Virus genome (UHGV): UHGV-1455077 | Direction: 5' to 3' (one strand) | DNA length: 64,000 nucleotides | DNA from: a virus | Shown: piece by piece, positions 48,720 to 58,009 of the stretch | Position numbering within the stretch: the first letter of the stretch is position 1 | How the letters are laid out: each line of letters begins with the position of its first letter | Notes under the pieces: model-generated | The model's database searches: none | What the model was told of the DNA's origin: nothing | What the model saw: the letters and a program-made list of their open reading frames with translations, nothing else | Made by a program: the position numbers and the translations under genes

Positions 48720-49223
48720 ATGGATAAGGATGTAGTAAAAGAAAAATATAATTGGGATAATAAGTTTAGTACACGATTTAAACTTGGAAATGAACAGACT
48801 TTACAAGTCATTCCTGATAATATTTTTATGGTGGAGTTGCCTGATTTGACAGTTGAGAATTATGCTGATATGATGAATGAAAACTGGTCTGCATCAGATA
48901 AAATATTAATATTGACTTTAAGAAGTACGAAAGATGGTTCAGTAGAAAGAGAGTTGTATGATGTATTGATGAGAACATCATTTGATTTTGAATTATCTTT
49001 ATCAAACCCAAATCAATGTCATTCAATTTATAAGGGATGTAGCGTTGAAAAAGTTAAATTTTCACCATTGTTAAATCGTCCAAACAAAGCAAATCCATTT
49101 AATTTAATTGTTTATATTAATGTGGAAGAAATTAAATATTGTGCGGCATCAGATACATTAATTTTTGGTAAAGTATCTAACAATGCATTAATTTCAGATA
49201 ATGAAGGGAATGCTAATGGTTAG
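48720..49223 (+). CDS. Hypothetical protein
   Basis: 167 aa. Confidence 0.4.
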   Translation: MDKDVVKEKYNWDNKFSTRFKLGNEQTLQVIPDNIFMVELPDLTVENYADMMNENWSASDKILILTLRSTKDGSVERELYDVLMRTSFDFELSLSNPNQCHSIYKGCSVEKVKFSPLLNRPNKANPFNLIVYINVEEIKYCAASDTLIFGKVSNNALISDNEGNANG

Positions 49224-49728
49224 TAAATACAAAATATTAATTAATGATGATAAAAATACTATTATTATTCAATTAGAAGATAAAGAATTTTCACAAGTTA
49301 TAGCAAAAGTTGGAAATATTGCTTTTAATGCTAATAAAGAATTAGAATTTGATATGGAATTACCTAAAGGTATGGAAAGTTATTATGATAGTGATTCTTT
49401 TTGTGAAAAAATTCAAGAAGTTGTTGGTGATATTGTAATGAAATCAGTTAATTATGAATGGTCAACTGCTGAAAAAGCAGTCTTAATGGATTTAGAATCT
49501 AAAGTTCGCCAAGCATTTAAACCTTATAACTTTGAACCAGAAGAAAATTCTTCATTTATTGAAATGTTTGGTAAAAAAGGATTTGTTATTTCAGAAGATG
49601 ATAATGACCGTTTGACAGCAATAAAAATCAAAGATAATAAAACTTATTATTTTGATATGCCTGAACAGTTAGCATATTTGAAAAAAGAATTAACAGGCAA
49701 AGGTATTATTTTACTTGGAGATAAGTAA
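49216..49728 (+). CDS. Hypothetical protein
   Basis: ATG 49216 overlaps the upstream stop (ATGGTTAG) with GAAGGGAA RBS; the track starts at 49201. Confidence 0.4.
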   Translation: MVSKYKILINDDKNTIIIQLEDKEFSQVIAKVGNIAFNANKELEFDMELPKGMESYYDSDSFCEKIQEVVGDIVMKSVNYEWSTAEKAVLMDLESKVRQAFKPYNFEPEENSSFIEMFGKKGFVISEDDNDRLTAIKIKDNKTYYFDMPEQLAYLKKELTGKGIILLGDK

Positions 49729-49767
49729 TATATATTTTTGTTAATTTTTACAACAACTAAATTTAAG

Positions 49768-49797
49768 AATCTCCTTGGATTTTTCAAGGAGATTTTT
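49768..49797 (+). terminator. Rho-independent terminator
   Basis: 10-bp stem AATCTCCTTG/CAAGGAGATT, loop GATTTTT, then TTT. Confidence 0.7.
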
Positions 49798-49820
49798 AAG
49801 TAAATGAATAAAAATAATAT

Positions 49821-49828
49821 AATAAATA
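49821..49828 (+). promoter_or_regulatory. Late-promoter-like box AATAAATA
   Basis: 27 nt upstream of ATG 49856, with TATATTAAAGATAAGGAACAATA leader. Confidence 0.4.
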
Positions 49829-49855
49829 CTTTTATATTAAAGATAAGGAACAATA

Positions 49856-50365
49856 ATGAATTTATTTTTGTTACAGCAATATCAATTTATTAATGATATA
49901 TATAAAAATGAAAATTATTTAGATGTTTTAATGAATATTGATGATTTTTTTGATATTTTAAATGTATATGCTTTTCCTAATTGGTTTGATGCCGAAGTTA
50001 TTGAAGTAAAATTTTTAAGACATTTTACTAATATTATATTAAAAACTCCTCGTGATAAAAAACCTGATATTAAAGGAAGTGTGTTATTATCAAAATATGA
50101 TTGTTTAGTTAAATATAAAGAATCATATGAATATCTTCCTAAAGAATATAAGACAGAAAAAGATATTAAATATAATACTCGTACAGGAAAATATGAACCA
50201 ATTATGGAGAAAAAAGATATATGGTTAATTGATATTTTGATTCCAAATAAACACATTATTAATGATAATGTTTATGATTTAGATGCCATTCAAAAGAAAT
50301 TGGATGATGAAGATGATAATGATGAAAATATTGAATCAGTTGTATCAAATGGTGATGAAATTTAA
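49856..50365 (+). CDS. Hypothetical acidic protein
   Basis: 169 aa. Confidence 0.4.
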   Translation: MNLFLLQQYQFINDIYKNENYLDVLMNIDDFFDILNVYAFPNWFDAEVIEVKFLRHFTNIILKTPRDKKPDIKGSVLLSKYDCLVKYKESYEYLPKEYKTEKDIKYNTRTGKYEPIMEKKDIWLIDILIPNKHIINDNVYDLDAIQKKLDDEDDNDENIESVVSNGDEI

Positions 50366-50374
50366 GGATAGTAA

Positions 50375-51064
50375 ATGAAATTATGTGAAGATTTAAGAGA
50401 AAAAGATTTAGCCAATTTAATTTCTTCTTATGTAAGTGTTGATGAATATACTTCAAAAATTGATGAAGATAATATTACTGTTGCTTTTTTTGTTAATGAA
50501 TTAGATGCCGCTGAAGAATTAGAAGATTTTATTGAGAAATTTTATTATATTGAAATTAGAGATATTGAAATTTCAGATTCTTTAACTGATGATAACAAAT
50601 ATATTATTTTTGTTGAATTAGAAAGAAATGATAGTTTTCCTAAAATATTTTTAGATATGATTGATACAATAAATTATGTAGCTGATAATAAAGATTGGAA
50701 TTTTTCTACCTATCAAATGAATAAGCCTGTTGAATTATCATTAGCTAATATTAGAAAATATGTTCGTTTAAGTAAATTAAGAGATACAGCGAATGTAGAG
50801 GAAAAAGAAAATAATCAAGAAGAAGTACAAGAAAGTTATCAACCATTTTTAGTTAATGATAATGGTTGGATAAGAAAATATACTCCAAAACGTTATATTA
50901 CAGAAGATGAATTAGAAAAAATTATTGAAAGTTCTGAAACATTAAATAGTCGTGATGATGGAGAGGTATCTTTATTAGAAAATGCATTTCCTGGTTATGA
51001 AGTTATTACAACAGATAACAATGTATTTTTAATTAAACATAATAAAATTTTAATGATGGAATAA
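50375..51064 (+). CDS. Hypothetical acidic protein
   Basis: 229 aa. Confidence 0.4.
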   Translation: MKLCEDLREKDLANLISSYVSVDEYTSKIDEDNITVAFFVNELDAAEELEDFIEKFYYIEIRDIEISDSLTDDNKYIIFVELERNDSFPKIFLDMIDTINYVADNKDWNFSTYQMNKPVELSLANIRKYVRLSKLRDTANVEEKENNQEEVQESYQPFLVNDNGWIRKYTPKRYITEDELEKIIESSETLNSRDDGEVSLLENAFPGYEVITTDNNVFLIKHNKILMME

Positions 51065-51067
51065 AAA

Positions 51068-53182
51068 ATGAAATTATATAGAGGTTATAATAAAGATTAT
51101 CCAAATTGGGGAATTAGACCAAATCAAAATTATATTTGGACGACTGATGATATTGATTATGCATTAGAGTATACTAAATTATTTGATAATGGCGGTTTAG
51201 TTGAATTTGATGTAGATGTAAATCAATTAAATTTAGCAGATGATTATGATGGTGAAGAATTATTTGGCGATGAATGGTATGATTTTGGTGGTTTGATTGA
51301 TGCTGATAATGATATGATTCAAGTTTTTATAGATAATGGTTTTAATTCAGCATTATTAGATAATAGTGGGATTGATTGTTATTTATTATTTGATAAAAAA
51401 TTAATTAAATCCGCAAAAGAATTACCATTAAATAATATTGAAAATAAATTAAATGAATCTTATCAATTATTTAAAAATATATATTTAAAAGAACATACAG
51501 GATTTATCGTAAGAGAAACACCAGCATCATATCTAACATATATAAAAAATTACATACAAAAAGTTCTTGATTATGAGCCAAATGCAAACAATTATCCCTT
51601 TATTACAGAAGATAAAAAATATTATTGGGATAGAATTGCAGGATATTATAATGTAGATACTAAAGAATTCATTTATATTTCACCCGATGAAACACATCAA
51701 AATGAAGAAGAATTTTATGAAAAAAATTATGTAAGATTTTTTATAGCAGATATAAAACATAGAGCATTATATGTTTCACATATTGATTATAATATTGCCT
51801 ATAAAGGCTATAAAGCTATAAAAGAAAAATATAAAGATTTTGGAATTGAATATTCTGTTGTTGAATGGTATGAAAACAATGATTGGAAAGAAATAACTTT
51901 TGATGATAAAGGACATAAAGTTAAAATAACTCAAATTTATGAAGAATTTAAAAAATATGTAATGCCATTATATGAACAACATTTTAATAAAGAAATTAAT
52001 GAAGTTTTAAGAATTGCTGGGGTTCAACGATTAAATGAATCTTGGACGGATAGTAATAATTTATATAATATATATGAAAATTATACACCATATAATGTTT
52101 TAGTGGCATTTAAAGAAGGTGAAAAAAACATTTGGTTTCCATTGATTAAACCAACAGAATATAAACAAGCGTTATTGGAATTTATGAAAATGGGTGAATT
52201 AGTAAGATTTCCAAAAGATAAAGTATTTAAATGGTTAGAAATAATTATGAAAAATACTTGTATTTTAAGCTCTAATACTTTTTTAGCAGGTCACGAAATG
52301 TATTTTCCATTTGACGATATTATAGATGCTTATCCAGAAGCAGAAAATCTTGAACAAGATTATTATGTTTTTTCTAAATTTTTAGAAGATAAAGGTTTTT
52401 ATAATTGGTGTAAATTGCCAGATGGTTCACCTGCTTGGAGTGATTATGGATTAAAACCATTATGGAATATATTAGATGAATATAAAGAAGATATGACTAT
52501 TGAACAAGTTCTTGTATTGGTTAATAGATGTTTAGATGTTTATCATCAACAAGGAGATTTAGCATCAGCATTTATTGAAGGTGGTTCATCATCATTAACA
52601 AAAATTTCTAATGAATGTGTTAAAAATAATGGTAATATAATTAATGAATCATATTTGAAAACAGATAATGGGATAATTTATTATACAAAATCAGAAAATG
52701 TTTTTATTAATACTATAAATGCAAGATTTAAGAATATACCTGTTAGAGTAATTTATGATTTAAAAAATAGATTATATGTATTTGGTGATGCTAATAAATT
52801 TGTTCATACACAAATGATGAATTATATTCTTATTAACACAAAATTATATTCTACAAAAGGGTGGAATCAAAGTTATTTTAATGAAGATGGTAATTATTGG
52901 CGAGATGGATATATAGAGGATAATTTATTTAATGCACAATGTGCTTTATTTCAAATAATTTGGGATGATGATATTGAAAAATATACAAAATATGATGGAT
53001 ATGATACAGGATATTTTACCACAATAGATAATAAAATGTATGTTGTTTGTAGACAGAATGAATTAAAATATTGTGAAAAAGTACCTTTATTATGGAATAA
53101 TCATTGGTTTTCACAAAAATATGATAATATGAAAGATTTTCAATTAAATGAATCTATATTTGGAGAAACACTTGGTTATTAA
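51068..53182 (+). CDS. Large modular protein; the N-terminus may be an R-S-E (Alt-like) ADP-ribosyltransferase; internal linker motif; C-terminal domain shared with ORF 26923-28728
   Basis: LYRGY...WTTDD...EY at N-terminus; NEVLRIAGVQRLNE at about aa 309-322; VRVIYDLKNRLYVFGDANKFVH resembles VRGIYDLKHKIYIFGDAYNVIH. Confidence 0.5.
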   Translation: MKLYRGYNKDYPNWGIRPNQNYIWTTDDIDYALEYTKLFDNGGLVEFDVDVNQLNLADDYDGEELFGDEWYDFGGLIDADNDMIQVFIDNGFNSALLDNSGIDCYLLFDKKLIKSAKELPLNNIENKLNESYQLFKNIYLKEHTGFIVRETPASYLTYIKNYIQKVLDYEPNANNYPFITEDKKYYWDRIAGYYNVDTKEFIYISPDETHQNEEEFYEKNYVRFFIADIKHRALYVSHIDYNIAYKGYKAIKEKYKDFGIEYSVVEWYENNDWKEITFDDKGHKVKITQIYEEFKKYVMPLYEQHFNKEINEVLRIAGVQRLNESWTDSNNLYNIYENYTPYNVLVAFKEGEKNIWFPLIKPTEYKQALLEFMKMGELVRFPKDKVFKWLEIIMKNTCILSSNTFLAGHEMYFPFDDIIDAYPEAENLEQDYYVFSKFLEDKGFYNWCKLPDGSPAWSDYGLKPLWNILDEYKEDMTIEQVLVLVNRCLDVYHQQGDLASAFIEGGSSSLTKISNECVKNNGNIINESYLKTDNGIIYYTKSENVFINTINARFKNIPVRVIYDLKNRLYVFGDANKFVHTQMMNYILINTKLYSTKGWNQSYFNEDGNYWRDGYIEDNLFNAQCALFQIIWDDDIEKYTKYDGYDTGYFTTIDNKMYVVCRQNELKYCEKVPLLWNNHWFSQKYDNMKDFQLNESIFGETLGY

Positions 53183-53191
53183 GGATTAATT

Positions 53192-53572
53192 ATGAAAATA
53201 TTTTTAAAACTTTTACCATATTTAATAATTATTGCTTTAGGTTTTGGAATTTATGGCGGATTTAAATATATGTCAGATGAAGTATCTAAAGCTAAGGAAC
53301 AGGTTCAAACTCTTTTAATTCAAAAATCTGAATTAGAAAATAAAGTTGATACTTTAAATACAATTAAAGATATTTCTATTGAACAACAAGTTCAACTTCA
53401 ACATAATGAAAAAGAATCTATTAAATATATTAATGATTTCAATAATAAAGTTAATGAATTGACATTTAATGAGGATAAAGACATTATACTTATGAAAATT
53501 AATAACTATGAAGTATGTATGGCAAAAAATTCATTAAATCCTGAAATTAAATGTGAATTAAATTTAAAATAA
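53192..53572 (+). CDS. Membrane-anchored coiled-coil protein (i-spanin-like architecture)
   Basis: N-terminal TM LLPYLIIIALGFGIYGGF then coiled coil; 126 aa. Confidence 0.35.
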   Translation: MKIFLKLLPYLIIIALGFGIYGGFKYMSDEVSKAKEQVQTLLIQKSELENKVDTLNTIKDISIEQQVQLQHNEKESIKYINDFNNKVNELTFNEDKDIILMKINNYEVCMAKNSLNPEIKCELNLK

Positions 53573-53585
53573 TTGATTTTTCCTA

Positions 53586-53613
53586 TTGACAAGTAATTTT
53601 TATATGTTATATT
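53586..53613 (+). promoter_or_regulatory. Sigma70-type promoter TTGACA-N16-TATATT
   Basis: Upstream of ORF 53649; the leader can form a hairpin ATTAACCTT...AAGGTTAAT around GAAAGG. Confidence 0.5.
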
Positions 53614-53648
53614 AACCTTATCAAAAACAACAATGAAAGGTTAATAAA

Positions 53649-54020
53649 ATGAAAACTTCTGATGAATTGAATGAACTGATGGCTTATGCTACTGGAACTG
53701 AAAATTATTATCGTTTCGGTTTGATTAATCCAATTCTTATTACCGATGGAGTTGAAACATTTGCAAAAAATGCTGAAACTGTTTGGTTTTTGAATGACTT
53801 TTGCATTTTTATGAATAAATGGATTAATAAAAATGCTGATGAGTATTTGTTTTCTGTTGAATTAATTTCTAAAAATGACAAAGGAAAAATGGTCATTAAA
53901 GATGGTGAAGGCAATAGATTGTATTCAAAAAATTATGATTATACTGACTGCCCAGAAGGAAATTGGAAATTCTTTTATGATAAAGAATCAAGAGTGTTGA
54001 TGTGGCACGGTGAATATTAA
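53649..54020 (+). CDS. Hypothetical protein
   Basis: 123 aa. Confidence 0.45.
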   Translation: MKTSDELNELMAYATGTENYYRFGLINPILITDGVETFAKNAETVWFLNDFCIFMNKWINKNADEYLFSVELISKNDKGKMVIKDGEGNRLYSKNYDYTDCPEGNWKFFYDKESRVLMWHGEY

Positions 54021-54031
54021 AAAATATAAAA

Positions 54032-54064
54032 ATCCCTGTAATAAATATCATTATAGGGATTTTT
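54032..54064 (+). terminator. Rho-independent terminator
   Basis: Stem ATCCCTGTAAT/ATTATAGGGAT (1 mismatch), loop AAATATC, then TTTT. Confidence 0.65.
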
Positions 54065-54075
54065 AGGATATAAAT

Positions 54076-54774
54076 ATGGAAATATCAAAATTTATGAAGA
54101 CTGTTTTAGAAATGGCTGGCGTTGAAGAACCGTTAGAAGAAATGGCTTATCCAATAAATTTTAATTTAGAAGAATTTTCTCGTATTCCAACATTTAGTGG
54201 AAGAAAAAAATATTGTGATGAGCGTTTGCAAAAAATAGGTACAGGTTCTTCCAGAATTGTTTACAGAGTTGATGATGAAAAGGCGTTAAAAATAGCTAAA
54301 AATAAAAAAGGTATTGCTCAAAATGAACACGAAGCTGATTGGGGTAGAAATAATTATGATATTTTTGCAAAAATTTATGAAGCTGATGAGAATAATTATA
54401 CTTGGATTGAAATGGAATTGGCATCAAAAATTAAACCATCTGATTTTAAAAGATTAGTTGGTGTTTCTTGGGCAGAAGTATGTTTAACAATAGAATATAT
54501 TTATGATATATATAAACCTAATAAAAATCCATATTATGTTAAAAGATATAATAGTGATTTAATGGAAAAATTTATGAATGAAGAAGTTTATTCAGAAAAA
54601 AATGAATTTCTTTTTAATTTATATGGATATATGACAGATTATCAACCAATGATGATTAATGATTGGACAAGAATCGCAAACTGGGGGATAGTTGAACGTA
54701 ATGGGCAGGAATTACCTGTTATTATTGATGATGGATTGGATGAATTAATTTATAAAACTTATTATGGATGGTAG
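54076..54774 (+). CDS. Hypothetical protein whose N-terminus carries the shared linker motif
   Basis: MEISKFMKTVLEMAGVEEPLEE resembles NEVLRIAGVQRLNE. Confidence 0.45.
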   Translation: MEISKFMKTVLEMAGVEEPLEEMAYPINFNLEEFSRIPTFSGRKKYCDERLQKIGTGSSRIVYRVDDEKALKIAKNKKGIAQNEHEADWGRNNYDIFAKIYEADENNYTWIEMELASKIKPSDFKRLVGVSWAEVCLTIEYIYDIYKPNKNPYYVKRYNSDLMEKFMNEEVYSEKNEFLFNLYGYMTDYQPMMINDWTRIANWGIVERNGQELPVIIDDGLDELIYKTYYGW

Positions 54775-54777
54775 AAA

Positions 54778-56175
54778 ATGAAAATAATTGCATATCACGG
54801 AAGTCAAACAAGTAAATTGAAAATGTATAATGGTTCTGCTTTGTATTTTACAACAAGTTATGAACAAGCTAAATCATATGCTAAACGTGAATGGGATGAA
54901 GGGCTAATTGAGGGAGAAATTCCTGTTGTATATAAAGCTGAATTAACTTTTAATAATCCTTACAAAATTGAAAATTATGATGATTTTCAAATGGAATTTA
55001 CAGATAGTAATATGAATGAATATTTTAGAGAAGAATTAATTGAAAAAGGATATGATTCTGCTATTTATAATGATAGAAAATCAACTTTGATATGTATTTT
55101 TTATCCTTCACAATATAAAATTTTAGATATAGAAAAACTTCCACCTTCATTAGACTATTATTATAATGGAGAACTTAATGATGAAGATGATGATATAAAT
55201 GACTATTATTATGAAAACGACTATGAAGATGAATTAAATGAAGTATTAAAATTATCTAATATTAAACTTATTAATGAGCAAAAAGATTTTACAACATTTC
55301 AATTACCTAAAAATATACCAAGTAATTTTTTTAAAATAACTAATTCATTAAAAGATATAAAAAATTGGAAAGCGAGAATTTTAGAAAATAATAGTGGCGG
55401 TGAAGAATTAAAAGTTGGTGATTATGATGAAGTTGGATATGTAATGATTTCATTAAAAGATAATACTATTATTCCAATTGCTCATTCCGATGAACATCAT
55501 CGTGGATATGATATTATGTATGAAATATATGAATCAAAATATAAAATTCATCCGAGTAATTTTTATAGCGTTTATTGCTTACCAAATTCTGCCAATTATC
55601 CATATAGTAAAGAAGAAGCTGATAAATTAAAAGATGCTTTAATTAAATGTGATGAATATGGAATGGATTTGGATACATCTAAAGTTTATTTAAAATATAT
55701 TGATAGTCTTTATAAAAATAAATCATATGATGAATCTTTAATTTCTGCCAGAGATTTTATTTCTGGAAAATATGGGTTGGCATCATTTGGAGAAACTGTT
55801 TCTCTTATTGGTGAGAAGTTGGTAGATGCATTTAAAAATTTATCAAATACATTTGAAAATACAAATGTTCGTGGAGATATTCCAATAACACAATTAAAAA
55901 TGGCTGTTAAAAAATTATATACAGTTGGTAGTCGTATTCAACTTCCAGATAAATTTAAGTTAATCAATCCATTAGATTTAGAAGAAATGATGGATATTAT
56001 TGAACAATATAAATCTAAATATATTGATATACAAAAATTATATAAATTATTTTTTGGATTTAATGGATTTAGAAATATTTTTCATCAAAGACTAAGAAAA
56101 AATATTGGCAATGAAGATTTAAATAAACAATTAGGTTCAGTTAAAGTTGTCATTGAAATGATAGGGGCAATATAA
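54778..56175 (+). CDS. Protein with an N-terminal PARP-like (H-Y-E) ADP-ribosyltransferase domain and an internal linker motif
   Basis: AYHGSQTSKLKMYNGSALYFTTSYEQAKSYA; linker DELNEVLKLSNIKLINE at about aa 152-168. Confidence 0.55.
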   Translation: MKIIAYHGSQTSKLKMYNGSALYFTTSYEQAKSYAKREWDEGLIEGEIPVVYKAELTFNNPYKIENYDDFQMEFTDSNMNEYFREELIEKGYDSAIYNDRKSTLICIFYPSQYKILDIEKLPPSLDYYYNGELNDEDDDINDYYYENDYEDELNEVLKLSNIKLINEQKDFTTFQLPKNIPSNFFKITNSLKDIKNWKARILENNSGGEELKVGDYDEVGYVMISLKDNTIIPIAHSDEHHRGYDIMYEIYESKYKIHPSNFYSVYCLPNSANYPYSKEEADKLKDALIKCDEYGMDLDTSKVYLKYIDSLYKNKSYDESLISARDFISGKYGLASFGETVSLIGEKLVDAFKNLSNTFENTNVRGDIPITQLKMAVKKLYTVGSRIQLPDKFKLINPLDLEEMMDIIEQYKSKYIDIQKLYKLFFGFNGFRNIFHQRLRKNIGNEDLNKQLGSVKVVIEMIGAI

Positions 56176-56957
56176 TGTTTGAAAAAGAAATTAATGAAAT
56201 ATTAAAATTATCAGGTATAGATATTTTAAATGAAATATCCTTATCTGGTTATTTGGAACGTTCACGTAATTTAAAAAATATGTTATTTCACGGAACATCA
56301 TTATTTAATGCTTATAAAATTTTTGAATCAGACCTTATAATAGGTTATACAGAAACAACACCTGTGAATGGTAAATCTTATACTGGTGTATCAACATCAA
56401 GAAATTTTGATTATTCAGCAAAGTTCGCTTTACAATATTCAGATGATTACCATTTTAAAAATTATTATTTAGATAATATATTTAATCCTGTTGTTGTTTT
56501 TTGTTTTAATAAAGATAATTTAAAATCAAAATATAAAATAGTTCCATATGATTATAATAGTACAAATGATAGTTTTTATAGTAAAAGAACCGAACAAGAA
56601 GAAGTTATTGTTGGAAATATTAAAAATATTAAAAATATAACAGAAAAAGTTGTTATGAATAAAGATGCTTTAACTCTTTTTCAATATGGTGCTATAGGTG
56701 AATTTTTAATTAAAAGATATTATTTCTTTAATAATAAAGAAGAAGAATTTTATGATGATATATTTGATATAGCCATAGAAGAAAATTTAACTTATGACGA
56801 AGATAAAGATGTATATATAACATCTGCGGGTGAAACATTATATCCTGATGATATTTATAATATTGGTTTAGAAAAAATGATTCAAAAAATGTTTCCTAAA
56901 ATGAATGAATTTTATGAATTTTTAAAAGATAAAAAATTCGAAATATATAATAATTAA
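56175..56957 (+). CDS. ART-like protein (HGT...GKSYTGVSTS) with an N-terminal linker motif; translationally coupled to the upstream gene
   Basis: MFEKEINEILKLSGIDILNE; FHGTSLFNAY; TAATG overlap. Confidence 0.45.
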   Translation: MFEKEINEILKLSGIDILNEISLSGYLERSRNLKNMLFHGTSLFNAYKIFESDLIIGYTETTPVNGKSYTGVSTSRNFDYSAKFALQYSDDYHFKNYYLDNIFNPVVVFCFNKDNLKSKYKIVPYDYNSTNDSFYSKRTEQEEVIVGNIKNIKNITEKVVMNKDALTLFQYGAIGEFLIKRYYFFNNKEEEFYDDIFDIAIEENLTYDEDKDVYITSAGETLYPDDIYNIGLEKMIQKMFPKMNEFYEFLKDKKFEIYNN

Positions 56958-56966
56958 AGGTTTATT

Positions 56967-57296
56967 ATGAAAAAAATATTAATTATTTTATTAGCTATTT
57001 TATTATGTGCCTGTACAACCGTTAAAACTGAATATGTTTATCAAACTGTTTATCCAGAATTACCACAGCTTGAATCTCCATTAATTTTAGCAAATATTCC
57101 TTGTACATTTATAATGCCTGAAAACCCTGATGAAAAAATTTTTATTGGATTTGATAAAGAAAATTATAAATGTTATTTAAAAAATCAAGAAATAAATCGT
57201 GAACAGAAACTTCTTTTTGAAAAATTTGTATCAGAAATTAACAAAGAAAGAAAAAATTGGAATTTTAAAAACAAAAAGATTGACAATAAAAAATAA
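56967..57296 (+). CDS. Lipoprotein
   Basis: Signal peptide MKKILIILLAILLCAC with lipobox LLCA-C; 109 aa. Confidence 0.5.
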   Translation: MKKILIILLAILLCACTTVKTEYVYQTVYPELPQLESPLILANIPCTFIMPENPDEKIFIGFDKENYKCYLKNQEINREQKLLFEKFVSEINKERKNWNFKNKKIDNKK

Positions 57297-57331
57297 ATGA
57301 TTTAAGATGACCTCAAAATAGAGGTATAAGT

Positions 57332-58009
57332 ATGTCATTTTTTAATTTAAAAAAAATAAAATCCCTGACAAAATTAAATAAAATTTATAGATTACTAAGT
57401 AAAACATATCATCCAGATAATAAAGTAACAGGTAATGCAGAGCAATTTATAGAATTGAAAGAAGAATATGATAATGCTAAAAAAATAGTATCATCATTGC
57501 CAACTTCAATTGTTATCAATATAACTACAACTCAAGCTTTTAAGGGAAAAGAGGTAATTTATAATTCTAAAAATGGCGAAACTGCCATAATTAAAATACC
57601 ACCAAAATTTTATAAACAAGATAATGTATTAATTAAAGATAATAATGGTAACAAGTATATTGTTTCTGTAAATATTAAACCAGACGAAGATGAAAATATT
57701 ACTTATTCTCGGAATGGCGATATAATTATTACAAAATATATTGATGTTACTCCTCTTGATTTGTTAACAGAAAATATCAAAACATTTAAATTATTTGGTG
57801 AAGAAAAGAAAATTCAAATAACTAAAAATTTAATTAATAATATTCAACAACCTTTTATGTTGTTAAATATTGGTTATCCATTGAAAAAAGATAGAAAAAA
57901 ACGTGGAAATGTTAAGATTAAATTTAGAATTAAATCTATTACATTAGATGATAATGATAAAAAAGATATTGTTAGAATGAAGGAAAAATATAAATGTCAA
58001 TTGAATTAA
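57332..58009 (+). CDS. J-domain protein (DnaJ-like co-chaperone)
   Basis: LNKIYRLLSKTYHPDNK with HPD tripeptide; 225 aa. Confidence 0.6.
   Translation: MSFFNLKKIKSLTKLNKIYRLLSKTYHPDNKVTGNAEQFIELKEEYDNAKKIVSSLPTSIVINITTTQAFKGKEVIYNSKNGETAIIKIPPKFYKQDNVLIKDNNGNKYIVSVNIKPDEDENITYSRNGDIIITKYIDVTPLDLLTENIKTFKLFGEEKKIQITKNLINNIQQPFMLLNIGYPLKKDRKKRGNVKIKFRIKSITLDDNDKKDIVRMKEKYKCQLN

Noticed and set aside
54069-54076. TATAAATA late-promoter match
   Set aside because: Its last A is the A of the ATG at 54076, so it cannot be the promoter for that gene. It is more likely chance in an AT-rich spacer that also contains the AGGA SD.
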